Assembly: GCA_963722075.1 (NCBI GenBank)
Contig: CAVRJM010000001.1
Span: forward strand, 1,024,001-1,088,000
DNA: 64,000 nucleotides
Source: Candidatus Babeliales bacterium
Lineage (GTDB): Bacteria > Babelota > Babeliae > Babelales > JANWKD01
Reading direction: 5' to 3'
Of the stretch, positions 11,885 to 22,563 are shown in pieces. Numbering within the stretch: the stretch's first letter is position 1; each line of letters begins with the position of its first letter. Under the pieces are notes generated by a model. That model did not search any database. It saw only the letters and a program-made list of their open reading frames with translations, and had not been told where the DNA came from. A program made the position numbers and the translations under genes.

Positions 11885-12202
11885 ATGAAGTTAAATAAAT
11901 TGTTTTTTTTCTTAATCCTTATTGTTAGCGGTAATCATATCAAAGCAATGGAGTACTCAGCAGGCTGGGGTAAATACAGAGATTACGCTAAAGAAGAATA
12001 TGAAGGATGGAAAAACAAAGTAACTGATTTAGAAAATAATAAGAATAAAATATTAATTGATATAATGAGCCAAAAACCTACCATGACATATGAGGAGGCC
12101 CAGCAACATTATATAGAAGCATTAAGAGAAGCCAAAGAAAAACGCAAAAATGCATGGGATGAGTATAAATCCAACGAATGGAGTGGTTCTAGATTCGAGT
12201 AA
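11885..12202 (+). CDS. Exported small helical hypothetical protein
   Basis: Signal peptide ending IKA|MEY; GGGG RBS. Confidence 0.75.
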   Translation: MKLNKLFFFLILIVSGNHIKAMEYSAGWGKYRDYAKEEYEGWKNKVTDLENNKNKILIDIMSQKPTMTYEEAQQHYIEALREAKEKRKNAWDEYKSNEWSGSRFE

Positions 12203-12535
12203 GCAACTTCAGTACCACTTAAGAATCAAGCAATCTAGATCACACCAATAAAATCAAATCATTTTTGAGCAAAACCATTGAACGGTCTGCAGCACATCTT
12301 CTGATATGCGAGGACCGTTCTTTTTGCAGTCACGAGATTAAATAAGAAGTGGCCACTATAGTGCATGATTCTCATAGCTGTTTACTTTGCCATAGGCTGA
12401 AGAACGACGTCTGGATGCCAAGCCGGAATGTGCGTGGATAAGCGAAATGGCCTTTTGAATTGAAAATATTGGGCATGCAATATTTTCATGCCTGGCCGGT
12501 ATTAGGCCAATAGAAAAAGGATTAGATTTTATTAC

Positions 12536-12562
12536 TGGATTGCTTCGCAAGCTCGCAACGAC
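12536..12562 (-). repeat. REP/RPE-like palindrome, family A (inverted relative to 11662)
   Basis: TGGATTGCTTCGCAAGCTCGCAACGAC. Confidence 0.85.
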
Positions 12563-12728
12563 AGGTTTTTAATTAATTAATGGATTCTATCAGATGATGT
12601 TCAAAACAACCATTTCTCATTAAATTCTTCTTTAATATCCATTTCGAACCTGTAATGGCATAAAAAATTAAAAGATATTTTAAAAACTATTGAATTTAAC
12701 ATGTCTTTTCTATTAGAATAAGAATTAG

Positions 12729-12816
12729 AAGTCGGGAGAGGTAGTTTGAAGCTTGTCTCAGTAATAACGAAAGAAATTGTTGAGAATATAGGATTAAACC
12801 TATGAATCCCCGACTT
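12729..12816 (+). ncRNA. Candidate structured cis-regulatory RNA, copy 1
   Basis: Closing stem AAGTCGGG/CCCGACTT with two internal stems; covaries with copy at 13363; follows TTGAAT..TAGAAT promoter-like site. Confidence 0.55.
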
Positions 12817-12855
12817 TTTTAATTAAAAAACCCTTAAAAAATAGGTTTTTTTATA

Positions 12856-13296
12856 ATGAAAAAAAGTTCATTATTTCTTTTTATCATATTATTACCAACA
12901 TTTCTTTGTGCAAAACGAATGGTCTATTTCAAAAATGATACCAATTTTCCTGCAGATAACTTTTTATTTATCTTTGTATGGCACAGTCCAGATGCCACGC
13001 AAGAAGAGCGTGATAAAGCGCATCATCAATTAGGCTTTATGCATTATTTTAAAGGATTTCCCAATCATATAGACCTTGATTCCCTAGTAGATACACATAC
13101 CAATAAACCAGTACAACCAGGTTATATTGTAGATCTTTTTATTAAAACCACCATTCCTTCAGGGTTAGAAACCAGAACATATCCTCCTCATAGAAAGTTT
13201 TATAAAGGAGAATTACGGCGTATTAAGCCACTAACCTATTCAGTAAAAGCATCTGATCTATATTTTGAGATTCAATTTGAACCTGTAATACCATAG
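12856..13296 (+). CDS. Exported hypothetical protein (paralog of 13488)
   Basis: Signal peptide; RMVYFKNDTNF vs RIVKFQNNTNY; IDLDSL vs VDLDNL. Confidence 0.75.
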   Translation: MKKSSLFLFIILLPTFLCAKRMVYFKNDTNFPADNFLFIFVWHSPDATQEERDKAHHQLGFMHYFKGFPNHIDLDSLVDTHTNKPVQPGYIVDLFIKTTIPSGLETRTYPPHRKFYKGELRRIKPLTYSVKASDLYFEIQFEPVIP

Positions 13297-13362
13297 CAAT
13301 TTAAAAATATTATTAAAAACCATTGAATTTAGCACTATCTTTTCTATTAGAATTATAAGTAG

Positions 13363-13452
13363 AAGTCGGAAGAGGTAGTTTGAAGCTTGCCTAAATACAG
13401 ACGAAAGAATTTATTTAGGACAGAGGATTAAAAGCCTGTGAATCTCCGACTT
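13363..13452 (+). ncRNA. Candidate structured cis-regulatory RNA, copy 2
   Basis: AAGTCGGA/TCCGACTT closing stem; conserved GAGGTAGTTTGAAGCTTG and ACGAAAGAA. Confidence 0.55.
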
Positions 13453-13487
13453 TATATTTTTGTATTAATATATAAAAAGGGTGTGTT

Positions 13488-14015
13488 ATGAAAAATAAAA
13501 TAGGATTATTGGTTTTGCTGTTTATTTCATTGCCAGCAGCTGGTACTCGTATTGTTAAATTTCAAAATAACACTAATTATACTGATAAAATATTTTCTTA
13601 TTTTGCATTTTCATTTTACAAGCCGGAGAATATAAAACCCGGTACTACTATAAATCCAGATTACTCTGCAATAGAATATGGTTTTGTAAAGCGGGTTGAT
13701 TTAGATAATCTAAAAGATGATAAAACCAAGAAAGCAATTCCAGCAGGTCTTTCTGCCGATGTAAGGGTAGTAACGACACAACCTTCTAACCTTCCTCCAG
13801 AAGGTATTCCCCCCCAACCAATACCTTTAACCGGATCTCAAACTAATTTGGCACCTGGTACTTATACTATATATGAATCAAGCGATGCCATCCACTTTAG
13901 GCTGATTACTCCAACAGCACCTGCAGCTAGCACGCTCACCATCAGCAGCAAAATAAGTTATTTTGATTCTAATAACGATATAATTTCTTTATCAAGTGCT
14001 ATTTTTTCTTCATAA
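13488..14015 (+). CDS. Exported hypothetical protein (paralog of 12856)
   Basis: Signal peptide; 3' end overlaps the convergent gene by 58 nt, so the true stop may be near 13957. Confidence 0.7.
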   Translation: MKNKIGLLVLLFISLPAAGTRIVKFQNNTNYTDKIFSYFAFSFYKPENIKPGTTINPDYSAIEYGFVKRVDLDNLKDDKTKKAIPAGLSADVRVVTTQPSNLPPEGIPPQPIPLTGSQTNLAPGTYTIYESSDAIHFRLITPTAPAASTLTISSKISYFDSNNDIISLSSAIFSS

Positions 14016-15505
14016 TTATTTTTTATATCTATTTGCAATTGTGATTGAGCCGCTTGAAGTGCCGTATGAATATTTTGATCATATGCGTCGAATGGAACAT
14101 TTAGATTAGGATCAGCACCATTCATTAGTAGAAAATCTACTAATGATATATTCCTTATTTCAATGGCATAAAATAATAAGCTGCCATATCCACGATCATT
14201 TGGACTCTTAAAAAGAGTATTAGGATTAAGTCCTTTTTGAACTGCTTTTTTAATAAAGTTAATAATATTTGTATTTTCAGAAGTAAAACCAACAAGTCTC
14301 ATTCGAATAAAATATGGCTCATTTGAATTTTTTATGGGTGGCAAAGATGGATTAGCGCCATGATCTAATAGTTCAATTGCTATATCATATTGTGCGGTCT
14401 TATATCGTGATCCCTTTAGCGCTATATATAAAAGAGTTTCATCAGCTACATACGTATTAGGATTTAATCCATGGTCAAGAAGAGCTTTTGCCAATGAAAA
14501 ATTGTTACCAAAAATCTCTATTAAAAGATGCTCATGTTGCATAAAAAAGGCGATTCCATTTGCATCTTCAAAAATGGCCAATCCAAGTTCAAAAGCATTT
14601 TCTTTCATTATGTTCATTAAAATTGCGATGATAATTTCATCATTAAATACTTTTAAAGATATCCCATCATCTAATAGGCTTATTGCTGCTTCTTGCCATT
14701 TTGTTACATTTTCTTTATTCAAAAAAATCATTAATATTCCTCTCCCTCTGAGCGGATGGTAATAATAAATGCGTGTTACCATTATATTTAAGTGATTAAT
14801 AAATTCGTTTAATTTGAACAAATTACCACACTTTTTTAGCTAAACGGAATCCACTTTACCACATCAGACGAAGTAATGGCGCGCACTATTTTTTTTCGAA
14901 CATCGGGAAAAATATCTAATTAATACGAATTTCTTATTTCCTTTAGTGAATGCAAATCGGTACAATGTTTTAATGGTCGCTACTAATTCATCTTGCGTAT
15001 TAATTGAATCAGGTATCAATTCTAAAACCATCATAAGCTTTATTTCATTAGGCATTTCTAAAAATTTTTGGGTGCTTTCCTCCGTAGGCGTCTTTTTAAG
15101 TCTTTTTTTAAATCTTTTTTCAGCTTTTGCTTTTTCTTCTCGTTCGGCAGCTACTTGTGCTGCAATTAACTTAAATTGTTCCATTTCTTTACTTGGCTGT
15201 CCCTCAACTTCTTCAGGTAATTCCTCCCGCTCTTTTTCTTTTTCTCTAACAGATGGAGATTTTAGTTTTTTGCCTTTTTTTTCTACTTTTTTTGCTAATT
15301 GTACAAGCCTTTGCTGAGTTAATTCATATTCCATTTGTTTTTGTTGCTCAAGCATAGATTCTTGCGTTCTTTGTGGCTTGCCTGGTCTTTTTAAATTATT
15401 CTCTAAATCTGCTAATTTTTCTTTTAACGTTATAAGCTGATCCAGCTGCGCATACGTCATTCCATACAAAAATAACAGACAACTAATGATATATATTTTT
15501 TTCAT
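13958..15505 (-). pseudogene. Exported F-box-like plus ankyrin-repeat protein, split by frameshifts near 14820-14925
   Basis: 5' ORF 14864-15505 has signal peptide, heptad tag and FLEMPNEIKLMMV; 3' ORF 13958-14821 has LLDHGLNPN, LLDHGANP, LLMNGADPN; intervening frame reads DIFPDVRKKIVRAITSSDVVKW. True pseudogene or sequencing error. Confidence 0.6.
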
Positions 15506-15662
15506 ACTGCGTTTCCTTTTTTATATAATTATTACCATCCATATCATAATAGAAGGGATGAATAGAATCGTTAAATAAAAAATGCATCTCTTGCTTTTTG
15601 TAATCTTAGTAATGCACTATGAATTTATAAACTCTGTAAACAATGTAAAAAGGAGATACCAT

Positions 15663-16412
15663 ATGAGAATCATTGCATTCTTAAATCAAAAAGGCGGTGT
15701 AGGAAAAACAACTACTACTGCTAATGTAGGAGCAGGGCTTGCCCAACTTAAAAAAAAAGTTTTGCTTATTGATCTAGATGCGCAGGCAAGCCTTACCCAT
15801 TCGTTTGGCATTGAGCCGCATGAACTTTCGGTAACGATACATGATTTTTTAAAAAAGAAATGTCTTTTTGAAGAAGCGGCATTACAAAAAAATAATATCG
15901 CCATTATTCCTGCGTCTATTAGCCTTTCAGCTTTTGAAAAAGAATGTTCCCAACTACTTGATAAAGAATTCATTATCAAAAAAGCATTAAAATCTATTAC
16001 TAAATTTGATTATATATTATTAGATTGCCCACCCAGCCTTGGATTATTAACCATTAATGCTTTGGCTGCAGCACAAGAAGTAATTATTCCCGTACAAACT
16101 GAGTTTTTAGCGCTGCAAGGATTGAGTCAACTCCTTGATACCATTGCGGTAATACAGCACAAAATAAATCCGAAATTACAAATCAGCGGTATTTTAGGAA
16201 CGCGCTTTAATCGAAGAAAAATGCATCACGATGTTGTAGAGTTTTTGCAAATTCATTTTAGAGAAAAAGTTTTTAATACCGTTATTCGAGAAAATATTGC
16301 ATTAGCTGAAGCACCTAGTTTTGGTAAAACCATTTACGAGCATAATCAATATTCTAATGGCGCAAAAGATTATAAAACATTATGTAAAGAAATTATTAAA
16401 CAAGAAAGATGA
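15663..16412 (+). CDS. parA: ParA/Soj family ATPase
   Basis: NQKGGVGKTTT, LIDLDAQAS, DCPPSLG, ENIALAEAPS; AGGAG RBS. Confidence 0.95.
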   Translation: MRIIAFLNQKGGVGKTTTTANVGAGLAQLKKKVLLIDLDAQASLTHSFGIEPHELSVTIHDFLKKKCLFEEAALQKNNIAIIPASISLSAFEKECSQLLDKEFIIKKALKSITKFDYILLDCPPSLGLLTINALAAAQEVIIPVQTEFLALQGLSQLLDTIAVIQHKINPKLQISGILGTRFNRRKMHHDVVEFLQIHFREKVFNTVIRENIALAEAPSFGKTIYEHNQYSNGAKDYKTLCKEIIKQER

Positions 16413-16425
16413 CTTTTATGATGTT

Positions 16426-16502
16426 ATTAATGGATCACCACGTCGCATTCGCTCCTCGTGATGACGTATCCTTATGTCATTCCGAGCGTAGCGTGGGAAT
16501 TC
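16426..16502. repeat. Pair of palindromic repeats, family B
   Basis: TGGATCACCACGTCGCATTCGCTCCTCGTGATGACG and GTCATTCCGAGCGTAGCGTGGGAAT. Confidence 0.8.
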
Positions 16503-16554
16503 ATTCATAAAATAAAAATCAAAATTATAATCGTGATCACAAAAAGGATATCTT

Positions 16555-16854
16555 ATGAAAAAAGGATTAGGAAGCATCCCAAAAGGACTTGCTTGGATTA
16601 CTAATAGTGAATCAAAAAATAAAAATGCAACTTCAAAAAATATCAAACCGGTTGAGCCGGTTAAAACATCACAACAAGGGCTTCCCAATGGATGGACACG
16701 CGCAACGTTTATTATTCAAGAAGAACATGCCTCAAAATTAAAAGCCCTTGCCTATTGGGATCGGTTAACCGTAAAAGAATTAATGGATGAAGCATTAACT
16801 AATTTTTTAAAAAAGAAGCGAATTAAGGCGATACCAAAAGGAAAAGTGTCATAA
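16555..16854 (+). CDS. Small ribbon-helix-helix-like ParA partner
   Basis: C-terminal RATFII...LKALAYWDRLTVKELMDEAL; directly downstream of parA. Confidence 0.7.
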   Translation: MKKGLGSIPKGLAWITNSESKNKNATSKNIKPVEPVKTSQQGLPNGWTRATFIIQEEHASKLKALAYWDRLTVKELMDEALTNFLKKKRIKAIPKGKVS

Positions 16855-16855
16855 A

Positions 16856-16884
16856 TGGATCACCACGTAAACTCGTGATGACGT
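16856..16884. repeat. Palindromic repeat, family B (short)
   Basis: TGGATCACCACGTAAACTCGTGATGACG. Confidence 0.75.
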
Positions 16885-16974
16885 TCATGTTTTCATTTAA
16901 TAAAATCGCGCTATAATAAGGCGTACAGTGTCGTGTTCCTTAAGCATTACATACAACATTGTTAAGGAGAACAT

Positions 16975-17334
16975 ATGAAAAAACTCACCTTATTAACACT
17001 CAGCTTACTTACTTCAGCTGCATATGCAGATGTATTAGTTAAAATGACCTACACAAAAGATGGTCATGAAATGTCAACTGAATTTGTTCATATAGCATCT
17101 GAAAATCCAATGGCTCTTTTTCAATTTGGGGAATCAGTTGGCGATCAAACAATAATTGATCAAACATTCAAAGTAGTGCTTAAAGAAGAAAATCCTAACG
17201 TTGAACTGGAAATATATTCAGTGACCGCAGAAGGTGAATCATTAGTTATGCAACCAGTTATAAGTAATGGCGGCTCGATTACCCTCGGAAATGGCGATGA
17301 AGTAGTTACCGTATCAGTAAAGCCAATTGAATAA
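16975..17334 (+). CDS. Exported beta-rich hypothetical protein
   Basis: AAGGAG RBS; signal peptide ending AYA|D. Confidence 0.8.
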   Translation: MKKLTLLTLSLLTSAAYADVLVKMTYTKDGHEMSTEFVHIASENPMALFQFGESVGDQTIIDQTFKVVLKEENPNVELEIYSVTAEGESLVMQPVISNGGSITLGNGDEVVTVSVKPIE

Positions 17335-17381
17335 ATAAATTAGTAAATAGATAATTAATGTATGTTTAAGGAACGCGGCAC

Positions 17382-18893
17382 TTAATAAGAAATCCCCACC
17401 TTACCCCATACACCCCAATTTGATAACGCAGAGCTATATTGCGAAGCTTCTATGAATGCACCCACACCAGCCAACACTGCAAATGATTCAGTTGCGTATA
17501 TATAACCCACTGAAATATGTCCGCGATGTGCCAACGCACCACGCGCTGCTCCTGAATCAATATCAAGATCTTCTACGCGAATTGGAACAAAAATCTGCTC
17601 GCCTCTGAAATTAACATCATTAGGAGCTTGTTCTTGAATGGTACTGCGACTTGCCGTAGCTGGTATTGCACTGGTGGTTGATAAGAATCCAACACCTGCG
17701 ATGCCAAAGTCAGCAGGAAAACAATCGGCAAATTTAAGTTGTTCACGTCCACGAGCCCATAACCCATAGCCAACTTCTACTTGTACGTTTGATAGCTCCC
17801 AATCAAAACCAGTATATAAATCAAGCATATTATATGGCCGTGCTCGTACTCGACGCGTTAAAATATTCATCGCTGGAATATTCAACCCACCCTCTTTATT
17901 ATTAAGCAATAAATAACGGCTCCACGGGCGATCGATTAAATCAAAAGTACGCTTTTGATGGTTTCTAAAAAAATAGATGTTTTCAAAATAAGCAAAAAAT
18001 GAAAAAAGTTGGCATTCAGGATCACATAATAATGGGAGTTTAAACGTGACGCCACTGCCAAAACCAAAATGACCATTATTACCAAGAAATGGATTAAAGA
18101 CAAATTCCTGATTCGCTGAACCACGCAACGGAATCACCAGCATTGAGTACATACCAATTTGAAAATAATCACGATTTAATAAATTGGTTCCTAATTTGAA
18201 ATCAACTTCAGCGAGTCCATTTTTTTTCTTTTTGCCATCAAACTTTTGAAAAAGATAGGCGGGGTTTGATAATGCTTCAAGCGCATCAGTAGGAAACGTG
18301 GTACCCGGATTAATCGGCGGCGTTTGAGTAGGGGTTACCTTATTTTCTATCATCTGATAAGGAAGTGCCACGCCAACCCAAAAACTATCTAAGCATTCAT
18401 ACCCAAAGCAATTACCAAGTGGCATCATTGCCTCAATCCATAAACCAAATTGTTTTTGCCGTGGGTGCACCGAAAACGTGCCCGCAAAATTGCTTGGTAA
18501 TCCCAACCATTCAGCGCGTACATCACGGCTATAGGGATTATTTGCAACAACCGCATCGCCTTTTATTAAAAGATTATGTTGATCATTAAATAAAAAATAA
18601 TGTGCTAAATCACGATCATGAGCTGATTGCTGGTATATTGGAATAATTTGTAATGCTAAGGATTGACACGTATTAAAAACAAACTCTTGCCAGAGCGGTT
18701 TTTGTGCGCCAATATTGCGGTAAACGGGACGCGACCAGAAGAAAGTACGGTCAGTTAGACAACTTACATGGCAATAACCAAATACTTCATTACACATCAC
18801 ATTTACGCGATCCGGAACAGCAGAGTAGTTATTAAAATCAATGCTGTATAAAGGCATTACCACCATGCAGACAAGCAATAAAATTTTTTTCAT
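17382..18893 (-). CDS. Exported, probable outer-membrane beta-barrel protein
   Basis: Signal peptide; alternating amphipathic strands; C-terminal aromatic WGVWGKVGISY. Confidence 0.6.
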   Translation of the reverse strand: MKKILLLVCMVVMPLYSIDFNNYSAVPDRVNVMCNEVFGYCHVSCLTDRTFFWSRPVYRNIGAQKPLWQEFVFNTCQSLALQIIPIYQQSAHDRDLAHYFLFNDQHNLLIKGDAVVANNPYSRDVRAEWLGLPSNFAGTFSVHPRQKQFGLWIEAMMPLGNCFGYECLDSFWVGVALPYQMIENKVTPTQTPPINPGTTFPTDALEALSNPAYLFQKFDGKKKKNGLAEVDFKLGTNLLNRDYFQIGMYSMLVIPLRGSANQEFVFNPFLGNNGHFGFGSGVTFKLPLLCDPECQLFSFFAYFENIYFFRNHQKRTFDLIDRPWSRYLLLNNKEGGLNIPAMNILTRRVRARPYNMLDLYTGFDWELSNVQVEVGYGLWARGREQLKFADCFPADFGIAGVGFLSTTSAIPATASRSTIQEQAPNDVNFRGEQIFVPIRVEDLDIDSGAARGALAHRGHISVGYIYATESFAVLAGVGAFIEASQYSSALSNWGVWGKVGISY

Positions 18894-19049
18894 TCTTGTG
18901 TTTCCTTTTTTGGTATCTTTCATAGGATAGGATAGCTACGTAAGAAAAACAAGGTACCTTTTTTTAATAAAATCTTGCAAATGATTTTCTTATTATTTTA
19001 GTATTGGGTTCATGAAATAGATAAATCGGAATGACAATTTGCTACCTAT

Positions 19050-19085
19050 CGTCATCCCGAGGAACAAAGTGACGTGGGGATCTAG
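19050..19085 (+). repeat. Palindromic repeat, family B
   Basis: CGTCATCCCGAGGAACAAAGTGACGTGGGGATCTAG; near-identical to the copy inside the aldolase gene. Confidence 0.85.
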
Positions 19086-19108
19086 TCCTTATAAAACGGA
19101 GAAAAAAT

Positions 19109-20698
19109 ATGTTGTTATATCTTTTAACACTTTTCTTATTTCTATCCCATTCTTGTTTTGCCGATATGCAAAGGGAATTAACTAACCTTAAAGGAAAATT
19201 AAACAATTTGTTATATGGTTTGCAGCCGTCTGCACCACTACCCACTCGCCTACCAACACCTACCTCGACATACCAACCACAACAACAAGTGCCAATCAGC
19301 GCTCGTATGGTAACGCCAACACCAATACAAGATCGCATATTAAATATTCAAAGGCGCCAACAGCAACCAATAAACTTTGGTGATATTTCTGATGAAATAT
19401 TACGCCGTGAAATGATTCTTATTGGATCGTCATGGAACTCTTCTGCAGCTCATTTACCCGCTTTTGAAAATGCCGTACAAGCTTTTTTAACATTTATTCA
19501 ATCAGATCAAGCAAAAAATATTCGCGCTGAGCCCCAACAATTTGTAGAAGTGGTAAATCAATTTCACAAGCTTTTTAACCCAACAGATGTTCAATACCTC
19601 AAAGTACATCTTCAAACGATAACTGATTATGCTAAAAACCATACTGTAAGTAATCATGACAAGCAAATTGTATATAATTTTCTAACACTTATTTCAAACA
19701 TTTTGAATATTATTGCTGAAGAAGTTCTTTCTTATCGTGAAGACATTCTTATTCCTGAAGACCGAACAAAAAATATTTTTTGGGATTCAACACCATCAAA
19801 TATATTTCAATTACCTGGTCATCAAGGTTACCCTCATGTACAAGGTTGGTGGTCAGAATTCATTGGAAAACCCTTAAGAGAACAAGCGCTTCATTATAAA
19901 CAAGGAGTACGCTATCCCGATGCCTTAAATATGGGTTATCTTGATCGCGCAATTCATGCGTTTATTCCAAAACCCGCACCACAACCAACCGTTACTCAGC
20001 CAACTCCACAACCTACGCCAACAACCATGCAACCAGTGCCTCAACAAGCCAGTTCACAACCAACAAGAACCTATCCTCTACGAGAGTTAGCTGAAAAATA
20101 TAAATACATTGACGAAGAATTAGTAGATATTAGTAACGATGACGTACAAATAGTTGCCGCCTCATATTTATATCCTTTTAGTCACAATATCATACAGCAT
20201 CTTTCTCTTTTTGAACGGGCATTAGATAACTTTAGAAATTACTTAGTAACTCAACAAGGCGAAACAATTAACGAACCCGAGAGATTTGTTGAATTAGTAA
20301 GAGAGTTTAGAGATTTTTTTGGTACTGATAAAATAGAAGTGGTAAAACAAGCGCTGGATCATTTGATAAAAATGCCGTCTAGGTCTTTTTCCCCTGAAGA
20401 CAAAGCAATTCTTCATAATTATTTGGATGATCTTTCTTACTTATTAAATCAAGTTTATGAAATTGCTAGTCAATTTGAACAAGATAATCAACGGCTATTA
20501 CATTCAGTTAAATGGGAAGGCGACGAATTTTCTGTTATGGCCCCAGGCGCACGTGATGCATATTTTTGGTTCAATAGCGGTATTGCTCAGCCATTATATG
20601 ATGATGCAAAAGCGCGAGAAAATCCACGTGCTTCGCCAGCAGGCACCCCACTAAACAGCTACTATCTTTTTGATGCAATTAGACACTTTAAACAATAA
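19109..20698 (+). CDS. Exported protein with two repeated helical domains and Pro/Gln/Thr linkers (paralog of 20917)
   Basis: Signal peptide; ADMQRELTNLKGKLNNL; EPQQFVE and EPERFVE internal repeat. Confidence 0.85.
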   Translation: MLLYLLTLFLFLSHSCFADMQRELTNLKGKLNNLLYGLQPSAPLPTRLPTPTSTYQPQQQVPISARMVTPTPIQDRILNIQRRQQQPINFGDISDEILRREMILIGSSWNSSAAHLPAFENAVQAFLTFIQSDQAKNIRAEPQQFVEVVNQFHKLFNPTDVQYLKVHLQTITDYAKNHTVSNHDKQIVYNFLTLISNILNIIAEEVLSYREDILIPEDRTKNIFWDSTPSNIFQLPGHQGYPHVQGWWSEFIGKPLREQALHYKQGVRYPDALNMGYLDRAIHAFIPKPAPQPTVTQPTPQPTPTTMQPVPQQASSQPTRTYPLRELAEKYKYIDEELVDISNDDVQIVAASYLYPFSHNIIQHLSLFERALDNFRNYLVTQQGETINEPERFVELVREFRDFFGTDKIEVVKQALDHLIKMPSRSFSPEDKAILHNYLDDLSYLLNQVYEIASQFEQDNQRLLHSVKWEGDEFSVMAPGARDAYFWFNSGIAQPLYDDAKARENPRASPAGTPLNSYYLFDAIRHFKQ

Positions 20699-20711
20699 TC
20701 GTATTATTTTA

Positions 20712-20738
20712 AAAAGGGATGCAGTAGGCATCCCTTTT
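20712..20738 (+). terminator. Intrinsic terminator
   Basis: AAAAGGGATGC-AGTAG-GCATCCCTTTT. Confidence 0.75.
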
Positions 20739-20745
20739 ATTTTTT

Positions 20746-20804
20746 TATTACTTCTTCTACGCTCTTATTTTCATAAATAATACCATGCATCGCTTGCGTT
20801 AATG
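20746..20804 (-). pseudogene. Duplicated fragment of the aldolase 3' end
   Basis: ATTACTTCTTCTACGCTCTTATTTTCATAAATAATACCATGCATCGCTTG identical to about 22589-22638. Confidence 0.85.
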
Positions 20805-20916
20805 TGCTTCTTGTAAACAAGGTACCTTTTTTTAATAAAATCTTGCAAACGCTTTCCTTATTATTATAAAAAATAAAATGATTGATTCCAATACTCTAAT
20901 CCGTACGGAGAAAAAA

Positions 20917-22539
20917 ATGGCCATTTATTTTTTATTAATTTTCTTATTTCTATCCCATTCTTGTTTTGCCGATATACAAGGGGAATTAACTAATCTAAAA
21001 GGAAAATTAAACGATCTATTATATGGATTGCAGCCATCAGCACCTTCTTACCAACCATCATACCAGCCGCCATCATATAAACAACCACAACCAACGCCAA
21101 CCGGTCGTCTAATGACGCCGACACCATTAAAAGATAGCATCATTGATATGTATACTGTGGTAAAAAAGACCCCAATCAGCAGGCTTAATCATATTCCAAA
21201 AATATACCCATTAATGACGAAAATATATTTAGAATGGCTTGCATTATTTGATGGCTTAGACGCTTTTGATTCTGCCTTAAATGATTTCTCAAACTTTATA
21301 AAATCAGGCAAATTAAAAGGAACGATTACTGAACCACAAAAATTTGTTACGTTAGCTGATGCTTTAGATGCTTTTTTTAATGAAGAAAGAATTAAAAAAT
21401 TAAAAAAAAGTATCATTGATTTAATAAAGACTTACCAAGCGAACCCTTCGCAAGTTGATTCAGAAAGCAAAAATCTCATCATTAGTTTTTTTAAACGAAT
21501 TTCAACAATATATAATACGCTTGCCGAAAAAACATCAGAAATCTATGACGATTTGGCTAAGTTTTCAAAAACATTACCAGTAGATATCATTTGGACGGGA
21601 GAAGAAATAGCACAAGGCAAAACACGTACTATGCAACATTGGTTTAATGGATATATTAATATGCCTATGACTTATAAAGCAATGGCATATAATCCATCAA
21701 AAGGAATTACTGAATCGCATTATTTAAATGCAGGATATATTCGTAATGCAATTCAAGCATTCGAAGGACATACGGTAACTTTGCCCGGCATACAACAGCC
21801 AGCTCCTCAACCAACCGCTCAACCACAACCAACTCCGCAACCCATGCCCTCACCAGTGCAACCTGTTACTCAACCAGCGCCGCAACCTACGCCAACGCAA
21901 GCACCATCTGCACCAAAATATCCATTAAGAGATTTAGCAGAAAAATATAAATATCTAGCGACAATACCGGACATTGAAAATTTTAATGTATCAATTGCTG
22001 TTGGATCATATTTATATCCTTTCAATCTCCGTATCATGAATAATCTTTCTCTTTTTGAACGAACATTAGAAAAATTTAAAAATTATTTAATATCACAACA
22101 AGGTGAAACTATTAATGAACCTGATATTTTCGTTGAATTAGTGAAAGAATTTAGAGAGTTTTTCGATACAAAACATATTGCTTCAGCAAAAATGGCATTA
22201 GAGGAATTACTTAAAATTCCATCAAATTCTTTATCTGCTATAGATAAAAAAACAGTTCATACTTATTTAACTGATTTTTCCGATTTATTAAACCAAATCT
22301 ATGAAATTGTTGATCAGTTTGCACAAGATAATCAACGGCTATTACATTCAGTCAAATGGGAAGGAGAGGAATATTCAGTAATGACACCGGGAATCCGTGC
22401 TGCATATTTTTGGTTTAATAATGGTATCTTAGATCCATTACACACTCATGCAGCAGCAAGGAATCCGCTTTCCAGACCCGGTGGAGGACCTCTCAATGCT
22501 GAATATCTTTTTGATGCAATTAGGCACTTTAAACCATAA
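20917..22539 (+). CDS. Exported protein with two repeated helical domains (paralog of 19109)
   Basis: GGAG RBS; ADIQGELTNLKGKLNDL; shared C-terminus YLFDAIRHFK. Confidence 0.85.
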   Translation: MAIYFLLIFLFLSHSCFADIQGELTNLKGKLNDLLYGLQPSAPSYQPSYQPPSYKQPQPTPTGRLMTPTPLKDSIIDMYTVVKKTPISRLNHIPKIYPLMTKIYLEWLALFDGLDAFDSALNDFSNFIKSGKLKGTITEPQKFVTLADALDAFFNEERIKKLKKSIIDLIKTYQANPSQVDSESKNLIISFFKRISTIYNTLAEKTSEIYDDLAKFSKTLPVDIIWTGEEIAQGKTRTMQHWFNGYINMPMTYKAMAYNPSKGITESHYLNAGYIRNAIQAFEGHTVTLPGIQQPAPQPTAQPQPTPQPMPSPVQPVTQPAPQPTPTQAPSAPKYPLRDLAEKYKYLATIPDIENFNVSIAVGSYLYPFNLRIMNNLSLFERTLEKFKNYLISQQGETINEPDIFVELVKEFREFFDTKHIASAKMALEELLKIPSNSLSAIDKKTVHTYLTDFSDLLNQIYEIVDQFAQDNQRLLHSVKWEGEEYSVMTPGIRAAYFWFNNGILDPLHTHAAARNPLSRPGGGPLNAEYLFDAIRHFKP

Positions 22540-22563
22540 TCGTATTATTTTAATAGGGGATGC

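Noticed and set aside
12270..12550. GC-richer patch and ORF 12356-12550
   Set aside because: Contains hairpins and may be a degraded repeat or gene fragment, but I cannot assign it.
12729..13452. RNA motif as hammerhead, glycine or lysine riboswitch
   Set aside because: Lacks the CUGAUGA core and the glycine CUCUCAGG element; too short for a lysine riboswitch.
16416..19338. ORFs 16416-16688 and 19042-19338, plus the N-terminal extension of gmd to 60979
   Set aside because: Translations of palindromic repeats or antisense overlap; no RBS or protein features.
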